From Mizuhopecten yessoensis (Eukaryota): a DNA stretch of 64,000 nt. Made by a program: the position numbers and the translations under genes. Position 1 is the stretch's first letter. The number at the start of each line of letters is the position of its first letter. The stretch covers positions 1,745,801 to 1,809,800 of the forward strand of contig NW_018406089.1 in NCBI RefSeq assembly GCF_002113885.1, read 5' to 3'. Of the stretch, positions 13,701 to 25,363 are shown piece by piece. Under the pieces are notes generated by a model that was not told the origin of the DNA, searched no databases, and was given only the letters and a program-made list of their open reading frames with translations.

Positions 13701-16700
13701 CATTCTAGCTCCAAATGTACAATTTCAAATTTGATATTTCATATGAAATAAGCTATATTGATAAATGAAAGAACATCGTCAGCAAGAATCACATGCAGGT
13801 CACACATACTTTATATAGTCGGTTCAGGTCACATAGTATAAATATAGGTCGTGCCGGGTGTATATATGTGACAATTGGTATGCATAGTTCACACATGGTA
13901 CAAGGTAGATAAAGATCGCATAGGGGAGATAAAGGTAAAGAAATGTAGAGATAGGTCACAGATAAAAGATAAAAATGACACACAGTAAATATAGGTACCA
14001 AAGGGTAGATATAAGTCACAGATAAAAGATAGAAATGACACACTGTAGATATAGGTAACAGAGGGTAGATATAAGTCACAGATAAAAGACAAAGGTGACA
14101 CACGGTAAATATAGGTACCAATGGGGAGATGTAAGTCACTGATAGAAGATAAAGGTGACTCACAGTAAATATAGGTACCAAAGGGTAGGTATAAGTCACA
14201 GATAGAAGATAAAGGTGACACACAGTAAATATAGGTACCAAAGGGTAGATATAAGTCACAGATAGAAGATAAATGTGACACATAGTAAATATAGGTACCA
14301 AAGGGTAGATATAAGTCACAGATAAAAGATAAAGGTGACACACAGTAAATATATCTACCAAAGGGTAGATATGAGTCACAGATAGAAGATCAAGGTGACA
14401 CACAGTAAATATAGGTACCAAAGGGTAGATATAAGTCACAGAAAAAGGTGACACACAGTAAATATAGGTACCAAAGGGTAGATATAGGTCACAGATAAAA
14501 GATAAAGGTGACACACAGTAAATATAGGTACCAAAGGGTAGATATAAGTCACAGATAAAAGGTAAAGGTGACACACAATAAATATAGGTACCAAAGGGTA
14601 GATATATGTCACAGATAGAAGATAAAGGTGACACATAGTAAATATAGGTACAAAAGGGTAGATATAGGTCACAAATAAAAGATTAAGGTGACACACAGTA
14701 AAAATAGGTACCAAAGGGTAGATATAAGTCACAGATAAAAGATAAAGGTGACACACAATAAATATAGGTACCAAAGGGTAGATATAAAATACAGATATAA
14801 GATAAAGGTGACACACAGTAAATATAGGTGCCAAAGGGTAGATATAAGTCACAGATAAAAGATGAAGGTGACACACAGTAAATATAGGTACCAAAGGGTA
14901 GATGTAAGTCACAGATAACTGATAAAGGTGACACACAGTAAATATAGGTACCAAACGGTAGGTATAAGTCACAGATACATGTGGAAAGTATAAGTCACAA
15001 CGGACAGATATAGGTCCCAAATGTTAGATTTAGGTCACAAATGGGAGATAAAGGTCACCAAGAGGAGATATATGTAAAATAGGGTGATGTAAGTCACATA
15101 GGGTGGTCACAAAGGAGAGATATATGTCACCAAGAAGAGATAAATGTAAAATAGGGTGATGTAAGTCACATAAGGTGGGCACAATGGGGAGATATATGTC
15201 ACCAAGAGGAGAAAAATGTAATAAAAATGACACACAGTAAATATAGGTACCAAAGGGTAGATATAGGTCACAGATAAAAGATAAAGGTGACACACAGTAA
15301 ATATAGGTACCAAAGGGTAGATATAGGTCACAGATAAAAGATAAAGGTGACACACAGTAAATATAGGTACCAAACGGTAGGTATAAGTCACAGATACATG
15401 TGGAAAGTATAAGTCACAACGGACAGATATAGGTCCCAAATGTTAGATTTAGGTCACAAATGGGAGATAAAGGTCACCAAGAGGAGATATATGTAAAATA
15501 GGGTGATGTAAGTCACATAGGGTGACACACAGTAAATATAGGTACCAAAGGGTAGATATAGGTCACAGATAAAAGATAAAGGTGACACACAGTAAATATA
15601 GGTACCAAAGGGTAAATATAAGTCACAGATAGAAGATAAATGTGACACATAGTAAATATAGGTACCAAAGGGTAGATATAAGTCACAGATAAAAGATAAA
15701 GGTGACACACAGTAAATATAGGTACCAAACGGTAGGTATAAGTCACAGATACATGTGGAAAGTATAAGTCACAACGGACAGATATAGGTCCCAAATGTTA
15801 GATTTAGGTCACAAATGGGAGATAAAGGTCACCAAGAGGAGATATATGTAATATAGGGTGATGTAAGTCACATAGGGTGGTCACAAAGGGGAGATATATG
15901 TCACCAAGAAGAGATAAATGTAAAATAGGGCGATGTAAGTCACATAGGTAGGTCACAAAGGGGAGATATATGTCACCAAGAGGAGATAAATGATAAGTCA
16001 CAGATAGAAGATAAAGGTGACACACAGTAAATATAGGTACCAAAGGGTAAATATAAGTCACAGATAGAAGATAAATGTGACACATAGTAAATATAGGTAC
16101 CAAAGGGTAGATATAAGTCACAGATAGAAGATAAATGTGACACATAGTAAATATAGGTACCAAAGGGTAGATATAAGTCACAGATAAAAGATAAAGGTGA
16201 CACACAGTAAATATAGGTACCAAACGGTAGGTATAAGTCACAGATACATGTGGAAAGTATAAGTCACAACGGACAGATATAGGTCCCAAATGTTAGATTT
16301 AGGTCACAAATGGGAGATAAAGGTCACCAAGAGGAGATATATGTAAAATAGGGTGATGTAAGTCACATAGGGTGGGCACAATGGGGAGATATATGTCACC
16401 AAGAGGAGATAAATGTAAATTAGGGTGATTTAAGTCACATAGGGTGGGCACAATGGGGAGATATATGTCACCAAGAGGAGATAAATGTAAAATAGGGTGA
16501 TGTAAGTCACATAGGGTTGGCACAAAGGGGAGATATATGTCACCAAGAGGAGATAAATGTAAAATAGGGTGATGTAAGTCACATAGGGTGGGTACAATGG
16601 GGAGATATATGTCACATAGGTGATACTAAGGGCCAAAACAGTAGACATCCAAATTGGTCAAAATACCATTGTGTCAGATGGGAAGGTACCTAAAGCTTGT

Positions 16701-19700
16701 TATCTGAGAGAAGTACACATTAATTTCGAATTAAATAATAATTTGAGTGTGTATATTGTTTACACAATGTTGATAGAAGTCACGAAGGCTATATGTAGGT
16801 ACGTTTGTACGTTACACAAGCTAAAATATAAGTGGCACAGGAACATGAAGGCCACACAAGCTAAAAATGTCACAGACTTTCTGAAAGTAATATTGGATAC
16901 ATGTCGGCAAACAATTATTCATAAAGGTCACACAGTGTTCATGCAGGTCAAACTGTGATCATGAAGGTCACACTGTGTTTATGAAGGTCAAACTGTGATT
17001 ATGAAGGTCACACTGTGTTCATGAGAGTCAAACTGTAATCATGATGATCACACTGTGTTCATGAAAGTCAAACAGTCTATATAGGCCACACAGGTCCTAG
17101 AGGAGCACGTGGCATACATGTAGACTGCAAAATATCCACAGAGGTCACTTAGTAATTATGAAGGTCATAAGGCTATAAAAGTCACACAGAATTTCTGGAA
17201 TTAAGATGGATTACATGTCAGCAAACAATTATCTATAAAGGTCACAGTGTTCATGAAAGTCAGCCAGGCGATGAACGTCACACGGGTCTCCTGTAAGTCA
17301 CGTGGTACATATGTATACATGAGGGTTATCAAGATCACACAGTTTTCATGAAGGTCACACACATTTTCTGAAAGTTACATAGTATGCATGTCGGACAACA
17401 GATGCTCATGAAAGTCACACAGTTTTCCTGAAGGTCACACAGGGTACACCCATCGATGACCAGGTCGTTTCGTGACGATACTGGTTGACAGGTTTGCTAC
17501 GTATTGTTGCTATGTACGTGTTGAACCAGTTGAGGATATATAGGAATACATAGCGGGGAATAATGGGCAGACGGCGGCACATCATGACTCTGTCCTCCTC
17601 TGATATATGGCGTGGCGTGCCGAGACCTCGCGGCGGTAACCTTTCCGTGTCTGTACACAGTCGCTATCACCTGCTCTCAGTCAATTTATATATATACGCG
17701 TCATTAAACAAACCTCACGAAATGATTCCTAAAAAAATAGTATTATTTCTGTACGGGGTTCTATTGGGATTTCTTGTGACTTCAGCAGATCATCGACTGC
17801 CTGTTCCCAGCCATATACAACAACAAAGCCATAAAACAATGCTTACGAGGGAAGCTTCCAAAAACGTTTGATACAAGTGTATCTGTAAATCTTTCAAATT
17901 CAGTTGTCCATGTAGCTCAATCGGTTTAAGCGATATGGTATAGCAATGTGAAGTCCATGGTTCTTTCCCGAAAAAATATTTTACACTCAGAACACGATGG
18001 TTGATTATCTTTTATTTATTTCATCTTCATTTTGTTTCCATAAAAGTCCCACAGATACTTTCCTTTTCAAAAATGATTTATCAGAGATATAGTCATGTCG
18101 GTAAAATATATTTCGAATGCAAAGTTTCATTTTTGGCAGCGTTCCGCTGGGGATCCTTAACTGGAAATCGGAGTTAGGACTAATATGGTACTACAAAGAA
18201 ACAAACTATATGAACGCCTGTCTAAAAGGTCACGTGACTTTGGACACGTGCTCAATTAAAGACCGAGAGTCATACTCGATCGAACGCAATTAATGGCGAT
18301 ATAGCTTGGAAAGAAATCTAAGAAAAATATCACAAGTATTTTATGTTCTTTGGTATGGAATGATTTGCTCGGGATGTTTTGGATTCATGGAATATTGAAT
18401 TTTAACAACAAATCGATTAACGTAGGCTGGCACGCGATCCAGTCATTAAGGACCTTTACAAATAATTGGGTACGAAAATATTCCCAGCATTTTGATTCAG
18501 TCTCTCTCTCTCTCTTAAAATATAGTCACAAATTTTTCCGAAAAGAGAAAACAAAACTTTTAAGAAATGAACGCTCGAATTCGTTAATGAAGGAGAATTT
18601 GATAGCGTATGACGGACCATTCGCAATCATAGAAATAACGGTTGATATAAAAATGCAGTTGATTCACAAAAATTAACACACAAAAAAAAAAAAAAATATC
18701 ATGTTACAAAAGTACAAATAACAGCATAAACAGAAATAAATCGTTTGATCTAACTTAAAACGGCCGACTGATCAAGACGCACGTACATATCTATTGTTTG
18801 GTAGTATGAACAACCAGTGCGATGTAAATAAACATTATCAAACAGCATAGTAACATTTCTCAACTACATGTCATTGACCCGTAAAGAATACAAAGAGATT
18901 GCAATAATGACTAAAGGGTTATAGGATGTGTTAAGGGTGTATGATACCTACTTAGGACATGTATCTCCTTTCTAAAGAGTTCCACTTTAACAGATATGTA
19001 AATAAACATTATCAACCAGCATATTAACATTTCTGTAAACAATATTGCAGTTCGTCTTAATTTTGATATGAATTGATTAAAATTAAAGCTGTCAAAACCT
19101 CAGCTTTATTTATTTTACAACGATTATCAAGCATATTTTTTTGTATGGACATGTATAAATAACTCTTTTTATCTTCTCCCTCGACAACCGACATGCGACT
19201 TCAAAAATCCTCTGGAAGAATAATAGCGTCTAACACTCTTATGTAACTATTTTAAAACAAATTTCAGATATATTGATGCCAGTTGAACCAATTTAACGGC
19301 TTTGAACGAATTTTTGAAAATTCAAATTCCTCTCATCTGCATGTCATCGACCCGTAAAGAATACAAAGAGATTGCAATAATGAATACAGTGGTCAAAGGG
19401 TTAAAGGATGTGTTAAGGGTGTATGGTACCTACTTAGGACATGTATCTCCTTTCTAAAGAGTTCCACTTTAACAGATATGTAAATAAACTTGTATAAATG
19501 GCAAGGTAGACATGAATTTTTTCATCAATTGATGATAAATGTGTACAAGAATGTCTGTATAACTAATTAGCGGTGAAACTGAATCAATCAAAATATATTA
19601 AGGGGGTTACTCTAGGGCAATGGGGGATATCTATAGCACAATTGAAAATTATGCTGTGAAAGTTAGCATTTAACGTTCTCTATTAACAATTGTATACTGT

Positions 19701-20559
19701 CATATTCAGATGATATCCATTTATCCTATGAACGCAATGAGCCGTTGTTGACGACATCATTGTTATAACATCATGGCTGTTCTGTTTGATACCACTGACT
19801 CTCACTGTAAAGACGGCTGTTCTATTCGTTGAACAAGCATAAGATAAAAATTATTTGAACGAGATGCTAAATAAAATACTTGTTAACGATTTTTATTCTG
19901 CGATATATAGGTTCAAAAAATGGTAAATATTAGAATTAATCTGCTTTCTGTTGGCATTCATATTACCTATGAATGCTAAATGAAAGTCGTCCAATGCTTA
20001 AATGTAACTCAGTCTCCAAAACTAGCTTATATAACCCTATCAAAACAAAACAAAATCAAGAAGTTAAATTGAAAGCAAAAGTACTTACATGTAGTAGCAT
20101 AACGGTCGAGATCGAACACGGGGTTGGGAGGGGAGGGGATAAAACTCGAGTTATTTTACCGTTACTTGCTCAACATTTCCGAAGATACAATGTTAACTAA
20201 CCTGTAGGTATATATGACGGCAGAACTCCAGGTCGATATTTGACCTTTCCTTGTTGGCTCACGTGACCAGATGGAGTATAGGGCTGGTCACATGACCATG
20301 TGTCACGTTGAAACATTCTCATGCCGGGGACCTCGGTATTGGGTCCGTCATTCCAGAAAGTTTTTGCTGGTACATACTTCATTCTAGTTTTAGCAATATA
20401 ATCCTGTCTAGACGCATTTGGAATGTAACACACCGGCTCCGCTCCTAGTGTCTTGGGCGGAAGTGGCTGGAGAGCTGGACCTTGTTGAAGATTTGGATAT
20501 AAGGAGTAAACCGGAAACTGTACGGAGGGACTTCCTGGGGAGTAAATTGCCTGGTCCAT
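5439..20559 (-). CDS. ETS-family transcription factor, ERG/FLI1 subfamily (PNT + ETS domains), ~402 aa; coding exons 20559-20202, 12970-12767, 7621-7475, 6587-6540, 5890-5439
   Basis: ETS domain [89 protein letters not shown] domain IPT|[16 protein letters not shown]...[16 protein letters not shown]. 48-bp exon [17 protein letters not shown] corresponds to the ERG pre-ETS DPYQ...G segment. All four introns are GT-AG phase 1 and the exon lengths sum to 1209 nt (402 codons + stop). Confidence 0.9.
7096..7341. mobile_element. MITE with TTAA TSD and GG..CC termini (Kolobok-like)
   Basis: ttaa|GGATCCCTGTTCCACTG ... CAGTTGAACAGGGATCC|ttaa (17-bp TIR, 1 mismatch). Confidence 0.75.
8310..12765. repeat. 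41-bp tandem satellite (AGATGTTGTGTATACGACCTGCATACCTTGTCTGAGACACT), ~100 near-identical copies to ~12445, degenerate copies to ~12765
   Basis: Period 41 checked (TGTATACGA at 8521 and 8562). Lies within intron 2 of the ETS gene. Confidence 0.97.
13790..16625. repeat. Complex minisatellite: ~20-bp subunits forming 60-bp units with higher-order blocks
   Basis: Unit GTCACAGATAAAAGATAAAGGTGACACACAGTAAATATAGGTACCAAAGGGTAGATATAA. A marker block CAGATACATGTGGAAAGT...GGTCCCAAATGTTAG recurs at ~14972, 15391, 15746, 16241. Confidence 0.95.
16920..17440. repeat. Degenerate 20-bp tandem repeat (ATGAAGGTCACACTGTGTTC)
   Basis: Clear units at 16920-17075, decaying copies to ~17440. Shares GGTCACA with the adjacent minisatellite. 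Confidence 0.75.
18867..19489. repeat. ~140-bp direct duplication (copies ~18867-19010 and ~19340-19489)
   Basis: CATGTCAT(T/C)GACCCGTAAAGAATACAAAGAGATTGC...GTTCCACTTTAACAGATATGTAAATAAAC occurs twice. Confidence 0.85.
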
Positions 20560-20904
20560 AGTATAGTCTACAAGCTATCTCTGGAAATACAGTAAAGGAT
20601 ATAGCCAGAATATATGCAATTCTAAAAGGACCAAAGAAAATATACCATTCTGATACATGCTTCGTAAATCCCTTTTTTAATGAATTTAATAACGTTCTAC
20701 TACGGTGTATGAGAGCCAGAATAAAGCTGAAATGAAATCGCATCAAAGACATATACTGCTCAGCGTGATTTTAAAAATGTGATATCATTTTCGCGGTGTT
20801 GTGTATGGCCAAAACATGATGCACTTAATTGAACTTCTATTGATTTGATTATGGGTTTTTTCCCACATCGGCAAATGGTTAGCAGGAATTCATGATGTTA
20901 AGAC

Positions 20905-21254
20905 AAATTGTCTAACATATATGTAAATTAGACGATTTGCCTTTTAATGAAAACCATAATTGGTTAAGCACGGAATATATTTCGTTGCTTCTGGGATAGT
21001 TTTATTGTAATTGTATTGAACGACCGTTTAAATTATGAAATAACTGTGATATGAATTGCTGTTTTAGTAAGACCAAAAATTATGTCTAAGTAGTAACGGT
21101 GATAATTATTTTATGTTCATTTATTTGCTGTGATACTACTTTGTCTTTTAAATTTACCAATTTTACTAACAGTGGACCCTGTGGAAGATTAGCTTTGCCA
21201 GGGTTTGTATCCTCAATAAATAAAGTTTATTATTATTCTTATTATTATTATTGT
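20905..21254 (+). mobile_element. 5'-truncated LINE 3' end (L2/CR1-like) flanked by a ~50-bp direct repeat
   Basis: 3' stem GGACCCTGTGGAAGATTAGC...ATCC, AATAAA and (TAT)n tail. Flanks 20854-20904 and 21255-21305 are near-identical. Confidence 0.6.
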
Positions 21255-21799
21255 GGTTTTTTTCCACATCGGCAAATGGTTAGCGGGAATTCATGATGTT
21301 AAGACCGCAAATATATACCTCGGGTTAATAACCTTTTTTTTCGATAACCGATGACACAGCTTAAACATTAAAATAACTTCTTTTCAAATAAGGATGCGAC
21401 ATAAGGGTAAGAACTAGCTCAATCACTCGTGAAAGGTCAAGTCAACAAAAGCTTTGATCTAAAGTGACTGTTGTTATTTATTAAAAAAGAAACTGGTAAA
21501 AACCAGTAAGTCTAAAAACTTCAGACTTGATTAAAGTACATGTATTTGTTTTATTATTGATATTCGTTTACCGGTAACATATATTCACATTTCCAATTTA
21601 TTCACAAACTGTTCAGCTCAAACACTTGTAAATATTCATACGTTATACTAATGGGTTTAACCTTTATAACTGACTGTTGGTGATTTAATACCTGATCTTG
21701 TAGTTATAGTGAAATTGATCAATTATTCATGAGCCACCATTTTGAGAATTGGTACGAAATGGTTGTAAAGACGGCCTGTTTACTTAGATTAGTTTAATA

Positions 21800-22021
21800 T
21801 TACAATTGTCATAGTTGCACGTGCAATAACAATATATTGGTGATGAGTACCACTATGCAGTTGGTATATAATTCAATTTTAGCTAAAGCATTGTGGTACT
21901 CATCACCAATATATTGTTAATCACAACGTAAACAGATACGTTCACCCATTATAAAATAGACACCAACATTCGCGGTTGTTTGACGGTGTTATATTGCACG
22001 TGAAACTATGACAATTGAAAT
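21800..22021. repeat. Nested inverted-repeat (foldback) element
   Basis: Outer CAATTGTCATAGTTGCACGTGCAATA / TATTGCACGTGAAACTATGACAATTG; inner AACAATATATTGGTGATGAGTACCAC / GTGGTACTCATCACCAATATATTGTT. Confidence 0.8.
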
Positions 22022-22314
22022 ATCGAACTAATATGAGATGGCCGATAAAACCTTTGTAACTTTCTGAAAAAAGTTGTGCACGCTATTTTAACCACATGCT
22101 AATATACTGAATCCAGTGCTGTCTCTAATTTATTACATGTATATATATGTTGTTCATGTAACGTTTGTATCGATCTGAGTGTTCACTCTATTCTGTACCG
22201 TTCTGTTCTTTATGACCCACCAGGGGAGTATAATACTGAACATATCCTCTAAATGTAACAATAACACATACAATGTATATAATTTACTTGTAGTATAAGT
22301 GACATCACTATATA

Positions 22315-22527
22315 TTCGAACCTGAATTCAGAGACCAACTCTGGGAGGTCCACAAAGTGGTCGCATATTGGGTGGTTTCTTAATACAGGTCCAGTTATCA
22401 TAATGCTATTTTTTGAAATAGGAAGTTTTAGAAGGGTCCTTTGACACTCATGGTCCCTTAAAACGGGTGGTCTCTTTACACAGGTGGTTTCTTTATAGAG
22501 GTGATATTTTGAGCAGGTCTGACTGTA
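22315..22527. mobile_element. Degenerate Tc1/mariner-like MITE
   Basis: Right end GCAGGTCTGACTG|TA with internal GGTGGT(C/T)TC subrepeats; left end degenerate (TTCGAACCTG). Confidence 0.5.
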
Positions 22528-23394
22528 CATTTCATATTTACATTGCATGAAATTCTTATGCCGCATGTAACTTGATTGAGCATGTATCGCAAGCGAAACA
22601 TGATTTGTTGCCGAGGAAACAAATAACCATGTTTCCTTACAAGAGCAATAAATGAACATATGAATGTCATTGATGTACACACCCAAATCCACGCACATAG
22701 TACAGCCTCTTCATGTTTAGTTTAATTCAGGACATAATTGGATTCATTACGTCTGACCTTTGCCGTCAGCGAAATTTATGTAATGTACTTTTTAATTGAT
22801 TGCGGTTTTTTGGGATGATATCAAGAATACATTGTTTGAACAAGCTACGATTTTAAATCCATTTTTCTTAGAAATAAATTCCCAACAGAAACTCATATTT
22901 TTTAATGATTGAAGAAGATTTACAATGTTCATAAGCAACTGTTCTTTATAAAGATGGAGGCAATGTCTTAATATAATAGCTATGGAATATAATTAATTGA
23001 CAATTGTAATTAACATACTTGATGTAACCTGTTTTTAATGATAAAAATTAAATGTATGATAAGTAAGTTTTATAGTGTCTCGTAGGTAAGAATTGGCCGG
23101 ATGTTTTAATATTACCTTGTGTAAATGCGGTGTTTTATGTATGTATGTTGAAACATGTGATATTTTAATAATCTATATTACTACTGTAAGTAATTAACAT
23201 TCCTAACCACCGAACCACCGAAAAGCATGCACCGGAATTAAGCCTGGGTCCTTTTCTGTTTTGGCGTAATTAATTGATATAACAGTCATGTGACATACAA
23301 ACGATTTTATTTTAATTTTTAAATCAAAAGAATATTTTTATTTTTTCTTTATTTTGCAACAATTATGAAACAAGTTTATAAAACGTCTAGTAAT

Positions 23395-23555
23395 CTCTCT
23401 TGTTGGCCCGGATGTTAGCGCTAGGGGTCTTATTGCGGGAGGAAACCGGAGAAAATGCCCACGTAGTCGGGACCATGGGGGACGGGTAACCCCGTACCTT
23501 TTTCACGTCCGGTCGTGGAATCGAACTCCGGACGCCTTGGTGAAAGGCAAGCGCA
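23395..23555 (-). mobile_element. tRNA-derived SINE fragment (second family)
   Basis: B box GGAGTTCGATTCC on minus strand and core GGTTTCCTCCC. Confidence 0.6.
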
Positions 23556-24698
23556 AACAAATCAAAAGAATTTTCCCTACACTATGTTAATTGTTAATAG
23601 GCAGACTTGTGAGAGCGAGAATATATTACATGTTTTATATTGCGCTAATTATTTGACAATGTGTTGATTTGGTAAGCTCACATATTTTATTTATTCATTT
23701 ATTTTATTTTGTTATGTTATTTTTCTGCGGGCAGGGATAGGAAGTTGGGATGTTTGTGATATATTATTCTATACACATATGTAAATTTATGAAAATTAAA
23801 AAGACCTGTTGATAAACTGATCAATTGATAAATGACCTGGTAAATATATCATTACATTTGTTTTACGCATCGAATAATACTAAAATAAGTAGAATCACCC
23901 TGCACACACATATTTACAAACGACATTTTGACTGGTACTTTATAAATGTACATAATATCATTTCAATCAAATTGCTACCATATATAATATCATTCCAATC
24001 AAATCCTTGAATCAACATTCATGTTTTTAACATAATTCACTATCTGTATTTTCTTTCAGAGGCACAAAACTGATTACAACTCGAAAAGTAAATGATTATT
24101 TTCAGCAGTTCAGAATTTGTACAGGATAAACATTTCTGGCAAAAAGCAAACTTTCTTTGGAGTTTCCTGTGTAGTTTACGAAATGCCCCCACAGCACGCG
24201 ATATAAGTTATATCAATTAAAGTTAATCTTTATTATATAGCATTAATAGATAATGTTCGCATATCTGATGTGTTTCACATGTACTCTATTTCACTTAAAA
24301 CTATGCACCGTACCAATTTCCTCTCTGTTCATAAGAAAGCTGAATACTATGGGTTTTAATTACAAATAGAAACGTGATATACATAGCTATCTAACTCTTT
24401 CATAAAACATTATGACACTCTTAACCCATTCACTCATGAAACTTAACAATGAACTATTCCAACTTTTGGACTGGAAGATTTTAAATGTGTCTTCAGGGGT
24501 GAATGAGTAAAATTTAGAAGATTAAGAGCTTATGTTTCGACATGCACGTGTCCTATTCACGTGATGTGCACGTGCGGTACTCCTCATGGCGTCATCAGTG
24601 TTCAGATGTTTATATATATGTCGACTGAACGAGTATTAGTTATTTCAGAATAAATCAAAAAAAATCTGAATTCATTTTGTATCATTAGTTTGACTTAT

Positions 24699-24851
24699 AT
24701 CTGTATTTGAGTATGGACTTATAATCCGTTATTGTTTTACAGACTTACATCTGTATTTGAGTATGGACTTATAATCCTTTTTTTTTGTTTTACAGACTTA
24801 CATCTGTATTTGAGTATGGACTTATAATCCGTTATTGTTTTACAGACTTAC
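24699..24851. repeat. ~50-bp tandem repeat x3
   Basis: ATCTGTATTTGAGTATGGACTTATAATCC...GTTTTACAGACTTAC repeated three times. Confidence 0.9.
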
Positions 24852-24862
24852 ATTATTTAAAT

Positions 24863-25363
24863 ATCACATTCATGAGAGGGCGACATTGCATATTTTCACC
24901 CCAAGGAAGCATTGTTAACCGAGGCGAAGCCTAGGTCAACAATGCTTTCCGAGGGGTGAAAATATGCAAAATCGCCCTCTCATGAATGTGATTTTTATTT
25001 TATTATACCGAGTGTCATGTTTGGGTGTTTCACCACTTCACCATTTTTAAAGGTCCTTGTGTTGATTTGGCATAAACCAAGACTTCATCTCAACAGTTGT
25101 CGAATGAACCAACCATGAATGTGATTTGATAACACCATGGCACTGGGACGAACCGTGCACGCATACGTTTGGCGCATGTAACAATTTTTGGAATAACACC
25201 CTGGCACTGGGACGAACCGTGCACGCATACGTTTGGCGCATGTGATATTTTTTGGAATGTCACCCTGTCTTCTTTATCTTTGTAAAACGAGCAAGTAACA
25301 TTGAAAATGTTCACATCTTTCTCAACCAATCAGATTACGAGATTTTAACAGAAGGTATAATAA
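24863..25363. mobile_element. Non-autonomous palindrome-bearing element: 130-bp hairpin (24863-24992) plus TTATTATACC..GGTATAATAA inverted ends
   Basis: ATCACATTCATGAGAGGGCGA...TCGCCCTCTCATGAATGTGAT with GCGAAGC at the apex. Internal ~64-bp tandem duplication at 25131-25260 and CCAATCAGA near the right end. Family assignment uncertain. Confidence 0.6.

Noticed and set aside
13789-16648. Long minus-strand ORFs (up to 281 aa)
   Set aside because: Translations of the 60-bp minisatellite, open in several frames at once; artefacts of stop-poor repeats.
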